From Verrucomicrobiota bacterium (GTDB lineage Bacteria > Verrucomicrobiota > Verrucomicrobiia > Opitutales > Cerasicoccaceae), in contig JBCBUK010000002.1 of NCBI GenBank assembly GCA_039818205.1, positions 224,001 to 288,000 on the forward strand: 64,000 nt of DNA. Reading direction: 5' to 3'. The notes beneath the pieces are model-generated. The model was not told the origin of the DNA and did no database searches. It saw nothing but the letters and a program-made list of their open reading frames with translations. A program made the position numbers and the translations under genes. Shown here in pieces: positions 10,253 through 22,999 of the stretch. The stretch's first letter is position 1, and the number at the start of each line of letters is the position of its first letter.

Positions 10253-11089
10253 TCAATCATTGTCCGATGAATTCAATCCTCGGACAAACGTTAGAAGTTT
10301 CTCGAGAAAATCATGGGGCTGTTCGAGATGGGCGCAGTGCCCGGCTCTGCGGATGGGTGCTAATTGGCTTTGGGGAGCCAGCGCTGCCATAAGGTCCGCG
10401 ATGTTGGAGAATTTTTTGTCGTTCGTTCCTGCCGTGAACAGGCACGGAATCTTTAGATTGGGCAGGTCTTCCCAGCGGGATGGAATCAATCCGGGGCTCA
10501 GAGCGGTGAGCATATTTGCAATGGCATCGGGAATGTTTTGTCGCCTGCGCTCCTGCATTGGGATGCGAAGGTCGGAGGGAATCGATTGTTGGCTCCGGAT
10601 GATCGGGAGTTGGTTCCACTGTTCAAGGAAGACCTCGATCGGCTGGCGTCGAATTTTTTCCGCGAGGAGGGCATCTGCTTTGCGACGAGTCGCCCGATCG
10701 TCTTCGGATTCGATTCCTGGCGTTGAACCGATCGTGACCAAGGCTCGCCAATATTTTGGAGAATCCAGCGCAGTCTGGATCGCAATGCGACCACCCATCG
10801 AATAGCCCAAAAGTATGGGTAGCTGTTGGGTGTGCTCGACGATCTCGCGTTGTGCGCGCTTGACCGCCGCTAAAAAGTGGCCGAGGAACAAGCCGTTGCG
10901 GATCCCCTCATGTTTCGCGTTGCCTTGTCCGGGCAAATCCAAAGACCACCAGTCCAGGTGTTGAAGGCTCTGTTGGGCGAGCCAGGCAAAGTCCTGAGCG
11001 TCGCCCAAAAAGCCTGGCAACGCTAGGATGGGCGGTTGGCCCGGTGATTCCCAGCGCTGCAAGGTGGATTCGTTGGGCAAGCTGGTCAC
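10253..11089 (-). CDS. menH: MenH-like alpha/beta hydrolase
   Basis: LPGFLG, GYSMGGRIA, the R-R-x-x-D cap helix, G-x-x-DKKF and AGHCAHLEQP. Confidence 0.7.
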   Translation of the reverse strand: MTSLPNESTLQRWESPGQPPILALPGFLGDAQDFAWLAQQSLQHLDWWSLDLPGQGNAKHEGIRNGLFLGHFLAAVKRAQREIVEHTQQLPILLGYSMGGRIAIQTALDSPKYWRALVTIGSTPGIESEDDRATRRKADALLAEKIRRQPIEVFLEQWNQLPIIRSQQSIPSDLRIPMQERRRQNIPDAIANMLTALSPGLIPSRWEDLPNLKIPCLFTAGTNDKKFSNIADLMAALAPQSQLAPIRRAGHCAHLEQPHDFLEKLLTFVRGLNSSDND

Positions 11090-11092
11090 GCG

Positions 11093-11563
11093 CTAGTCGC
11101 GGACACTTGCTTTTTCGATGACTTGTTTTTGCCGCGGCTTGTCACCCGCATCGGTGTCACAGGCTTCAATCTTCTTCACGATGTCCATTCCGGAGGTCAC
11201 CTTGCCAAAAATCGTGTGGCGCATGTGAAGCCAATCGGTCGGGATGGTGGTGATGAAGAACTGGCTGCCATTGGTTCCGGGGCCAGCATTGGCCATCGCG
11301 AGCAAGCCTGCTTGATCGAACTTTACGTTCGGGTCGCATTCATCCTCAAAGTTACTTCCCCAGAGAGATTCGCCGCCACGACCCGTTCCGGTTGGGTCGC
11401 CGCCCTGGAGCATGAAGTCTTTGATGACGCGGTGAAAGATGATTCCGTCGTAGTAGCCTTTGTTGATCAGGCCGACAAAGTTCTCGCAGGTCTTAGGTGC
11501 CACCTCGGGCATGAGTTCGATTTCAATGGTTCCCTGGTTGGTTTCCAGTACGGCGGTTGGCAT
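11093..11563 (-). CDS. Cyclophilin-type peptidyl-prolyl cis-trans isomerase
   Basis: FHRVIKDFMLQGGDPTGTG and LAMANAGPGTNGSQFFIT. Confidence 0.96.
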   Translation of the reverse strand: MPTAVLETNQGTIEIELMPEVAPKTCENFVGLINKGYYDGIIFHRVIKDFMLQGGDPTGTGRGGESLWGSNFEDECDPNVKFDQAGLLAMANAGPGTNGSQFFITTIPTDWLHMRHTIFGKVTSGMDIVKKIEACDTDAGDKPRQKQVIEKASVRD

Positions 11564-11635
11564 TGTGTTTCTTTCGTTAAGGGTGGGTGCGGAAAAAAAT
11601 TAACCGTAAACCTATCGTATTCTATCAGGCGATAG

Positions 11636-12313
11636 CTAAGATTGTTCTTTTTTGTATTCGGCTTCGGCCTTGGTCACGAGCTGGTAGAGGCGTCTGCTCA
11701 TCCAGGCATCGGTCGCCGCATAGATAATCTGTTTTTGATTGAGCGAGCGTCGAGCCCAATTGGATACCTGCGCGCTTTTTGATATTCGCACGCCAAGGAA
11801 CATGCCGATCAAACTGCGCAGCCCGGTTTTCTCGATTCCAAGGCGCCGGCTGATTTCACTGATTTCGACAAAGCCCGCCGGGTCGTAGCGTTCAACGGCT
11901 TGGAGGCGTTTAATGTCGTCGCGAAGCGCCACGCCAACCTTATGACAGTCTTCGTTTTCCAGCAGCGGTTTGATGGGCGCCAAGCCACCAATGCGTTTCA
12001 CCTGGAAAATGTAGGCCTCGTAGTTGGTGGCAAACTGAACAATCGAAGGGGAGTAGCTCTCGCCTTTTTTGAATGCTGGACGCGATTCGGTGTCGAATCC
12101 GAGGACCGTTTCTTTGCGCAGGCGGCTGACGGCCGCTCGCGCAGCCGATGGCGTTGTGATTAAGTGAATCGAGCCCTCAAACCTGCCCAGCGGAAGGCGA
12201 TTAATCTCTTCCTTCGTTATATTGAGGGAGAGGTTGAGGGTTCTTTCGGCGAATGGAAGGTCGCCACTTTGGTCTATACTGGTGTGGGTCAAAACAGGAT
12301 ATGCATTAGTCAA
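11636..12313 (-). CDS. 3'-5' exonuclease (RNase D/WRN-like DEDDy)
   Basis: GFDTESRP, KVGVALRDD, SNW and YAATDAW. Confidence 0.9.
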   Translation of the reverse strand: MTNAYPVLTHTSIDQSGDLPFAERTLNLSLNITKEEINRLPLGRFEGSIHLITTPSAARAAVSRLRKETVLGFDTESRPAFKKGESYSPSIVQFATNYEAYIFQVKRIGGLAPIKPLLENEDCHKVGVALRDDIKRLQAVERYDPAGFVEISEISRRLGIEKTGLRSLIGMFLGVRISKSAQVSNWARRSLNQKQIIYAATDAWMSRRLYQLVTKAEAEYKKEQS

Positions 12314-12324
12314 ACTCGGGCGGC

Positions 12325-13311
12325 CTATAATTCGATTTCAAGGCCGTCGTAACAAAGCAGTATTTCTTCTGGGTACTGCGCGTGCCCGAGTTGATCGGCG
12401 GATTCCTGATGATAGATACTACGGTACATAATCGTATTACGGAGGAAATCATCGAGCTGCCAATCGGTATTGATGGGCTCGTGATGGAAAATAGCAAGGC
12501 GTTTAGAACGTGCACGGGCTGCTAATTCGACCCCCATCACATTGCTCGAGTGGCCCCAGCTAGCCTTGGTGAAAGTCGCGTCGGCCATGGTATACTGGGC
12601 ATCGAAAATTACGAGGTCAGCATCGCGGAAGAAATCAACAAACGGGTAGTCCTCTTCGTAGGCCTCATGGGTATGTTCTGAATCAGTAGAAAACACGGCC
12701 GTTTTCCCGTCCTTGCGAAAACGGTAGCCATAGGACTTACCCGGATGATTTTGCTCAATCGAATCAACCTCAAATCCCTCGATCAGGTAGGACGTGAGCG
12801 GAGATTGGACGTCAAAAATGATTTCCGCTGACAAGGCGTCAAACGGAACCGGGAACTCAGGCGCCTTCATCTGATTGCGGAAGGCAGCCTCGCACTCCTC
12901 GTGATAAGTGTGGAAAATGATGCGGTTACCGGGAATGAACGCTGGCACGAAAAAGGGAAAACCTTGGAGGTGATCCCAGTGCAGGTGCGTCATGAAAATG
13001 TGGTAGGTGTTGGGTTTCTTTGCCTCGCCGGTCGTAATCAGATGGTGACCAAGATCCCTGAGACCAGAGCCCGCGTCGCAAATCATGTAGGCGCCTCCTG
13101 GGTTGTCGAACTGGATGCAGGAGGTGTTGGTCCCATAGGTGCCACGAACCGCAAACGGCAACTTGTTATCAATAAACTCGTTGATCCGCGCTTCGGTGGA
13201 CAGGTCCTCGCCATCCGCTGCTTCCAGCGCCCGGAAAACCTTCTCGCGCACCATCTGCGCGTTCATTGGTGCCGGCAGCGATCCTTGCGTTCCCCAAAAT
13301 CGGATTTTCAT
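12325..13311 (-). CDS. Metallo-beta-lactamase-fold hydrolase
   Basis: MKIRFWGTQGS, DAGSG, THLHWDH, WGHSS and FHHEP; start placed at ATG 13311. Confidence 0.88.
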   Translation of the reverse strand: MKIRFWGTQGSLPAPMNAQMVREKVFRALEAADGEDLSTEARINEFIDNKLPFAVRGTYGTNTSCIQFDNPGGAYMICDAGSGLRDLGHHLITTGEAKKPNTYHIFMTHLHWDHLQGFPFFVPAFIPGNRIIFHTYHEECEAAFRNQMKAPEFPVPFDALSAEIIFDVQSPLTSYLIEGFEVDSIEQNHPGKSYGYRFRKDGKTAVFSTDSEHTHEAYEEDYPFVDFFRDADLVIFDAQYTMADATFTKASWGHSSNVMGVELAARARSKRLAIFHHEPINTDWQLDDFLRNTIMYRSIYHQESADQLGHAQYPEEILLCYDGLEIEL

Positions 13312-13495
13312 AACAAGAGATGAGGTCATGGGAAAAGACCCCATTGCTGGCATCATGGCAAGCGTAATGGTTTTGGCGAACATAAATTAATGGAGTTCAA
13401 TCGTTTCCGCCCATCCCTTGACGCTTTTTTTACGTTATTGGGTCGATTTTTCTAGAAATTGTAAATGAGCGCGATGATTTGCAGGGCAAAAATTT

Positions 13496-13963
13496 GTGGT
13501 TTCAGTGGTTGATGTGAAGTTGTCTCCTTGGTGGTTTAGTAAGATGTTTTCGCTGCTCGGCCTGCTCGGCTGGGTTTGTTTTCGTGGATTCCAGAACGAT
13601 TGGCCCAGCGGGATTGTCCTTCTGGGGGCTCAGGTGATCATTGCCGCTGGCGCTCTTTTCAACCTGTTTCATTTTGCGGTCCTAAAGCGGGGAGCGGGAA
13701 ATCTTGGCACACCCTCGATGTTGGTCACTCAGGGGGGGCTCCTTCCGTGGGTGCGCCATCCGATGTATTTGGGTGAATCAGTGCTGGTTTTGGGCTTCGC
13801 GATCCTAGGAACTTCCATGATCTCCAGTATGTTTGCCCTGATGTATATCGTGAGCATCACCCGCTTGTGCCTGGCGGAGGACCGGTCGTGCTCGGCGCAG
13901 TTTCCGGAGTCGTTCGCGAGCTGGGCCCACCGGAGTAAGCGTCTGATTCCAGCTATTTGGTGA
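13496..13963 (+). CDS. Isoprenylcysteine carboxylmethyltransferase/PEMT-family membrane protein
   Basis: Hydrophobic helices with LVTQG...WVRHPMYLG and the C-terminus RLIPAIW. Confidence 0.78.
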   Translation: MVSVVDVKLSPWWFSKMFSLLGLLGWVCFRGFQNDWPSGIVLLGAQVIIAAGALFNLFHFAVLKRGAGNLGTPSMLVTQGGLLPWVRHPMYLGESVLVLGFAILGTSMISSMFALMYIVSITRLCLAEDRSCSAQFPESFASWAHRSKRLIPAIW

Positions 13964-14000
13964 CCGAGTTTGACTTGATCCGTTGGCCTAGCCGCCCAGC

Positions 14001-14411
14001 ATGGTCCGCATGCCTGATCCCGAGATCCTTCATGTGTCGACTGGAAACAAGAGTGCCGTGCAAAAGCTCGGCCCTTATGCGCTCGAGGCAATCATCCCGC
14101 GCGACCAGGAGGTGAGCATGACGGCATTTCGTGTGCGCATCGAACCGAATTCGACCACGTCTGTCAGCTATCATAAGAAGGCCGAAGAACTCTATTACGT
14201 GATCGCCGGTAGTGGCACGGCGCTTCTCGATGGGAAGGAATACCCGCTGAAGGCTGGCGATTTCCTTCGGCTAATCCCGGGAACTCATCATGGCTTTGTG
14301 ACCAAAGACGCGCCGCTCGAAATGTTGGACGTCCATAGCCCAGGTTCCTGGCCCGATCGGGATGTGTATTTCGAAGGCGAGCCGCCTGCCGGATTTTCGA
14401 AGAATTCGTGA
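14001..14411 (+). CDS. Cupin domain protein
   Basis: YHKKAEELYYVIAGSG...GDFLRLIPGTHHGF. Confidence 0.85.
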   Translation: MVRMPDPEILHVSTGNKSAVQKLGPYALEAIIPRDQEVSMTAFRVRIEPNSTTSVSYHKKAEELYYVIAGSGTALLDGKEYPLKAGDFLRLIPGTHHGFVTKDAPLEMLDVHSPGSWPDRDVYFEGEPPAGFSKNS

Positions 14412-15002
14412 CTACTTGAACACCAAGTATTCGAACTTGATGTAGCACAGGTAGTCGTTCGGGCGTCCGCTAAAGCGGATGCTCTTCAAAATATAGGAAT
14501 TGTCTTCGTCGTGATCCAGGATCGTCGCGGGTTTGCCGCTGTCCAAAGCGCTTTCCCGCTTTTCGCGTTCCTTCTCCATTGCTCGTTGACGGGCTTGGCG
14601 TTCCTTCGCCGAGCGTAGGCGCTCCGCGATCATCCGTTCAGCTTTATATCGGGCATCAATTTCGGCCTGGGACATGGTCCGTCCATAGCCGACGGTGACT
14701 TCCTCGAGTGAACGGCGATTCTCTGGGCGGTAGATATCGTGGCGAATCTGAATAACACAGTAATACTCATCGTCCCGGCCACCCAGACCGATGTTCTTGA
14801 GCTGGTAATCGCCGTCAAACGCTTTCCGGTTGGCTTGGTCAAGCACGGCTTCTTCCGCTCGCTGCCGGGTACGTCCGTAATCGATCAACGTTTCCGTGAT
14901 CGTTGTGTTCGGCTGGCGATGCTTGGGCTTCTCCTGCGCGAACAACGGCTCGAATCCAACGAATATAACGAGCACATATAGACTGATCTCCCGCAATCTC
15001 AT
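14412..15002 (-). CDS. Hypothetical exported protein with an internal duplication
   Basis: Signal-like N-terminus from ATG 15002; two YGRT..AE repeats. Confidence 0.6.
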   Translation of the reverse strand: MRLREISLYVLVIFVGFEPLFAQEKPKHRQPNTTITETLIDYGRTRQRAEEAVLDQANRKAFDGDYQLKNIGLGGRDDEYYCVIQIRHDIYRPENRRSLEEVTVGYGRTMSQAEIDARYKAERMIAERLRSAKERQARQRAMEKEREKRESALDSGKPATILDHDEDNSYILKSIRFSGRPNDYLCYIKFEYLVFK

Positions 15003-15434
15003 GATACAACGGCCTATCAGATCGCCACGATCAGTCAATCGCGAGATCAGTTTCACGGTTTTGGCGGCTCGACGGCAAAATTTATTTTTCCTGAAATATT
15101 TCTGAGAAAGGGTTCTCTAATCCATGTAGTTCTTCGTCAAATTAGGGGGTAAATAGGCCCTGGTCTACGGAGAAATTTGAATAGAGCCTACAGGTGTATA
15201 GTAAAGATGTCAAAATTTCATAAGTTATTGATAATTAGTAGGTAAATTATATTTATTTGTTTGGAAATAGGCTTCCCCTTGCTAGCTTGATTTGTATCCC
15301 GAACCTGTGAACAACCTAGCTCTCATATAGCGATGTCCAGAACGACCTAATTTGTGTAAATCCTCGCCCGATATCTTTTGGATAGGTCAGACCATGTATG
15401 GCGACCGACCCAATCGATAACGGGCCCAGCCTGA

Positions 15435-19646
<4,212 letters not shown>

Positions 19647-19695
19647 TTTCTCCTGATACACATTGGACTTGGTGTTTCAGCACCAGGTTACCGTG

Positions 19696-19730
19696 ACCGG
19701 ACGCAGTTTAGGCTGCGTCCGGTTTTTCTT
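19696..19730 (+). terminator. Intrinsic terminator after the LPMO-GH18-GH9 gene
   Basis: Hairpin accggacgcagt-ttag-gctgcgtccggt followed by ttttctt. Confidence 0.85.
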
Positions 19731-19858
19731 TGGAAAGGTGGATCTCCCTCGCAGAACGGTTTCCACAACTGGATGTCGCAGTCTAAGGCTTGCCGATTTT
19801 AAGGAATACTAAGACTGCTTTCTCGTCTCCATTGGAGCGTAATTCAAATCGCCTGCGA

Positions 19859-20629
19859 CTATCGGGCAAAGATCGATTGAATGGGCAAACGCATTAGGAG
19901 ATTCCTAAAACGCCTTTCGGCGAGATAGCGCAAGATATTCGCCTTGTGTTGGAGGCGGTTGGGCACTCGATAGTTGGCTGAGTGGCATTTCTTAAGCTGG
20001 TGCGTATCGGCAAGATAGGTGTCCAACGAATGGTCATTGTAGAGGTGCTCGTGAATCCTGACTCCAGGGAGGCCTTCTAGGTTGATGGCGTGTTGGTAGT
20101 CGCTTTGGAAGCCGCGGCTTACATGAATCAAATATTTGGTCTTACCGTTGTATTGGTCGAGCACGCTCCTTAAGTTCATGTATTTCGTAGGCGCTTCCGG
20201 GTTCTCGTCAATCAGGCGTTGGACCCGTTTCATTTGCCTGCGAACCATCAGTTCCTGGTCACTTAGGGCGTCGGGATCTAGGTTGGTGAATGGGGCAATG
20301 GCGACCGCGACATCTGCCTTCAGGAGGTGGCCAAATAATAGGGCAGGAAAGCTACCCGCAGAGCTTCCGGTGGTGATCAATCGCTTGGGAGCAAAGCGTT
20401 TGACCAGGGACTCGATTTCGGCGCGAACTTCGTTGAAGTCCTTTCTCTCGGGAGGAATCCCGAGCAAGGTCATGCAGGTAGACCGGTCGTAGACGAAAAT
20501 CTTGTGGTAACTATCAAATCCGTACGCTCGGCAAAGTTTTTCACGAAACTTCTCGGGGTGGTTGGACTGATTGAGAAAAACAATGACTAGTGTATCGGTG
20601 TTGGTTGAGCCTTTTTCTGCTATGATCAT
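19859..20629 (-). CDS. Hypothetical alpha/beta-hydrolase-like protein
   Basis: 256-aa ORF with a nucleophile-elbow-like TGSSAG. Confidence 0.55.
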   Translation of the reverse strand: MIIAEKGSTNTDTLVIVFLNQSNHPEKFREKLCRAYGFDSYHKIFVYDRSTCMTLLGIPPERKDFNEVRAEIESLVKRFAPKRLITTGSSAGSFPALLFGHLLKADVAVAIAPFTNLDPDALSDQELMVRRQMKRVQRLIDENPEAPTKYMNLRSVLDQYNGKTKYLIHVSRGFQSDYQHAINLEGLPGVRIHEHLYNDHSLDTYLADTHQLKKCHSANYRVPNRLQHKANILRYLAERRFRNLLMRLPIQSIFAR

Positions 20630-20710
20630 CGCTTGGGATATACGCTTTCAATTAAACCTCCCTATTAAGGGTATTTCGACGATTTCGGCAAACTGATTTT
20701 TTACATACGT

Positions 20711-21457
20711 TCACCCACGCGATTGCGTGAGAATCAATCCCTGTCGGGCAATGATCGCCAGCATCCAGGCAAAACCGATCACCATGATGATGCGGCCGGC
20801 GAGTAGGACGCCTCGGGCGATGTAGATGTCTTGGTTCATCAAACCGAGATCGCCCAGGATGAATTCCCAGTCGTGCCCGTGGACCTCTTTTCCCGTGCCG
20901 CCGCCCAATAGTTGGAGCTGAAGTGCACGGGCATCGTTGATATAGGGAGCGCAATCGACGGTGCTTTGGCCCAGCCACCAGATTCCGCAGGCGGTTCCAA
21001 AACTGTCGCGGTTTTTAATGAAGAACGCGGCGGCGATGATCAACGGCATCAGCAGCTGGCCAAACGTGCCTCCCAAAACCATTAAGAGGTGGTTACCAAA
21101 AATTCCAAAGATCATATGGCCGGCTTCGTGAAATATCAGATTCACACCATGCATCCACTGCATGGCATCTGGAAGGCGGCGAATCGGCTCAGTCAAAAAG
21201 GGGAGGCTATACCATAGCAACGCTGCCAGTAGGGTCAGTCGACCGATTGCAGCGGGCCAGCTGTCGAGTTTAGGAGCACCGAGAATTCGCTCAACGAGCC
21301 AATGAGGCGTTCCGCCAGCAATGCTATCTCCCGGGCGCTTGGTTTCGATCAGCCGCCCTTGGCACAGCGGACAATTCAACTGCTCTCTCATCGCCTCAAC
21401 CGTTGAGTCTTCAAACTCCCAAGGGTGCTGGCAGGCCGAGCAATTGAAATGGCGCAT
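20711..21457 (-). CDS. Membrane protein with an N-terminal zinc ribbon and an HExxH (M50-like) motif
   Basis: CSAC...CPLC, IFHEAGH, GGTFGQL and HDW; start placed at ATG 21457. Confidence 0.7.
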   Translation of the reverse strand: MRHFNCSACQHPWEFEDSTVEAMREQLNCPLCQGRLIETKRPGDSIAGGTPHWLVERILGAPKLDSWPAAIGRLTLLAALLWYSLPFLTEPIRRLPDAMQWMHGVNLIFHEAGHMIFGIFGNHLLMVLGGTFGQLLMPLIIAAAFFIKNRDSFGTACGIWWLGQSTVDCAPYINDARALQLQLLGGGTGKEVHGHDWEFILGDLGLMNQDIYIARGVLLAGRIIMVIGFAWMLAIIARQGLILTQSRG

Positions 21458-21462
21458 GGGGA

Positions 21463-22767
21463 TCAGTCCTTGTAGATCGGTTCCCCTTCGGATTTGCCAA
21501 TGATCACGGCGGCGCACGTGTCACTAAATACATTCACGCTGGTGCGGCACATGTCGAGCACACGGTCCACCACCCAGACAAGGCCAATGTATTCGGTTGG
21601 GATACCCAGGACGCCCATGATCAAGAAGATAGCAACAATACTCGCCGAGGGGACGCCCGCCACGCCAATCGATGTTGTTAACGCAAGAAAGACGACCAAC
21701 AGTTGCTGGGATAGAGTTAGCGGAACAAAACTCGGGTCGATGACGGCAATGACCTGCGTGACGAAGATGACCACAACACATTCATAAAGCGCGGTACCAT
21801 CCATGTTGACGGTTGCGCCCAATGGCAGGGTGAAGCTTGTTGTGCGTTGCGAAACCTTGGCATCCTTCTCAACGGTATCCATCGTCAGCGGCAGCGTTCC
21901 GGCTGAACTAGCTGTCGAGAACGCCGTCAGGAGAACTTCGGACATGGTTTTCAGGTGCTTCCATGGGCTGAGCTTAAAAAAGGCCAACACACCGCAGAGC
22001 ACAGCCACATGAGTGAGGAGCGCTAGCAAAACGGTGCCTGTAAACTTGGCCAGCGGCAAGACGACGTCCATGCCGAGCTCAACCAGTCGTGGTGTGACGA
22101 GTGCGAAGACACCGATCGGAGCAAACTTCAAGATCAGCTCGGTGATACCGATCATCGTCTTGCTCACCCCTTCCCAGAAATTCAGTTGAGGCTCGCGCCA
22201 TTTGGGCTCCAACCGGCTGACAAAGAATCCGAATAGCACGCTGAAGGTGATCAGGCCAAGAAGGCGACCATTGCTGCTGGAGTTTTCGATGATGTTAGCC
22301 GGAAACATCCGCAGAAAAATATCCCAGATGTCCTGCGAACTTTTTCCCGATACCTTGGATTCAATAACCGCGGCGGCATCGGCATTGGATGCGTTTTCCG
22401 CCATGCGTGCTGCGACCTCCGGAGAGACGCTACCCGGGCTGATGATGTTTACCATGATCAGCCCAATCGTTACGGCCACGGCACCACTGCAAACATAGTA
22501 GAGCAGGGTCTTGAATCCCAGCCGTCGAAAATCCTTTCCTCCACTGAGGGCGGCCATGGCGGCAATGATCGAACTCGCGACCAACGGCACGATGATCATC
22601 TTCAAGGCGTTCATGAAGAGTTTGCCGGTGAAGGTGCAGAACCCAAGTAGATTGCTGCCGAACGATGCATCGGCTCCCCCGGAACTCTTGACGATGACAG
22701 TCGCGATGGCCGAAAGAACGAGGGCGGCAAAGATTTGCCAATGCAGCTTCCACTTAAGGGGGTTCAT
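21463..22767 (-). CDS. Dicarboxylate/amino acid:cation symporter (DAACS/GltP family)
   Basis: AFSTASSAGTLP, GATVNMDGTALYE and DRVLDMCRTSVNV. Confidence 0.93.
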   Translation of the reverse strand: MNPLKWKLHWQIFAALVLSAIATVIVKSSGGADASFGSNLLGFCTFTGKLFMNALKMIIVPLVASSIIAAMAALSGGKDFRRLGFKTLLYYVCSGAVAVTIGLIMVNIISPGSVSPEVAARMAENASNADAAAVIESKVSGKSSQDIWDIFLRMFPANIIENSSSNGRLLGLITFSVLFGFFVSRLEPKWREPQLNFWEGVSKTMIGITELILKFAPIGVFALVTPRLVELGMDVVLPLAKFTGTVLLALLTHVAVLCGVLAFFKLSPWKHLKTMSEVLLTAFSTASSAGTLPLTMDTVEKDAKVSQRTTSFTLPLGATVNMDGTALYECVVVIFVTQVIAVIDPSFVPLTLSQQLLVVFLALTTSIGVAGVPSASIVAIFLIMGVLGIPTEYIGLVWVVDRVLDMCRTSVNVFSDTCAAVIIGKSEGEPIYKD

Positions 22768-22838
22768 GGGCGTCTAGGCTGAATCACCACCAGCGGTTGT
22801 CAACGGCAAGCTCGGCTCCCGGCCACATTATAAAACCA

Positions 22839-22988
22839 CTAATAAGTCGTGCAGGGTCTCATGTGGAAGAGCTCTTGGTCGCTAATCATATCCGTTGAGG
22901 CGACGTCGGAATATTCGCTCGTGCTCGAGCAGCCCGCGAGAATGAACACGATGATGGCTGCTGATACGATAAAAGCTTTGTTTGGCAA
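22839..22988 (-). CDS. Small lipoprotein (49 aa), not in the ORF track
   Basis: TTG start with AAGGA upstream; MPNKAFIVSAAIIVFILAGCSSTSEYSDVASTDMISDQELFHMRPCTTY*, lipobox LAGC. Confidence 0.65.
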   Translation of the reverse strand: MPNKAFIVSAAIIVFILAGCSSTSEYSDVASTDMISDQELFHMRPCTTY

Positions 22989-22999
22989 AGTCGGTTTCC

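Noticed and set aside
10253..11089. Alpha/beta hydrolase as the missing OleB
   Set aside because: It has a Ser nucleophile (GYSMG) and a MenH-like cap, whereas OleB is haloalkane-dehalogenase-like with an Asp nucleophile. It is also on the opposite strand.
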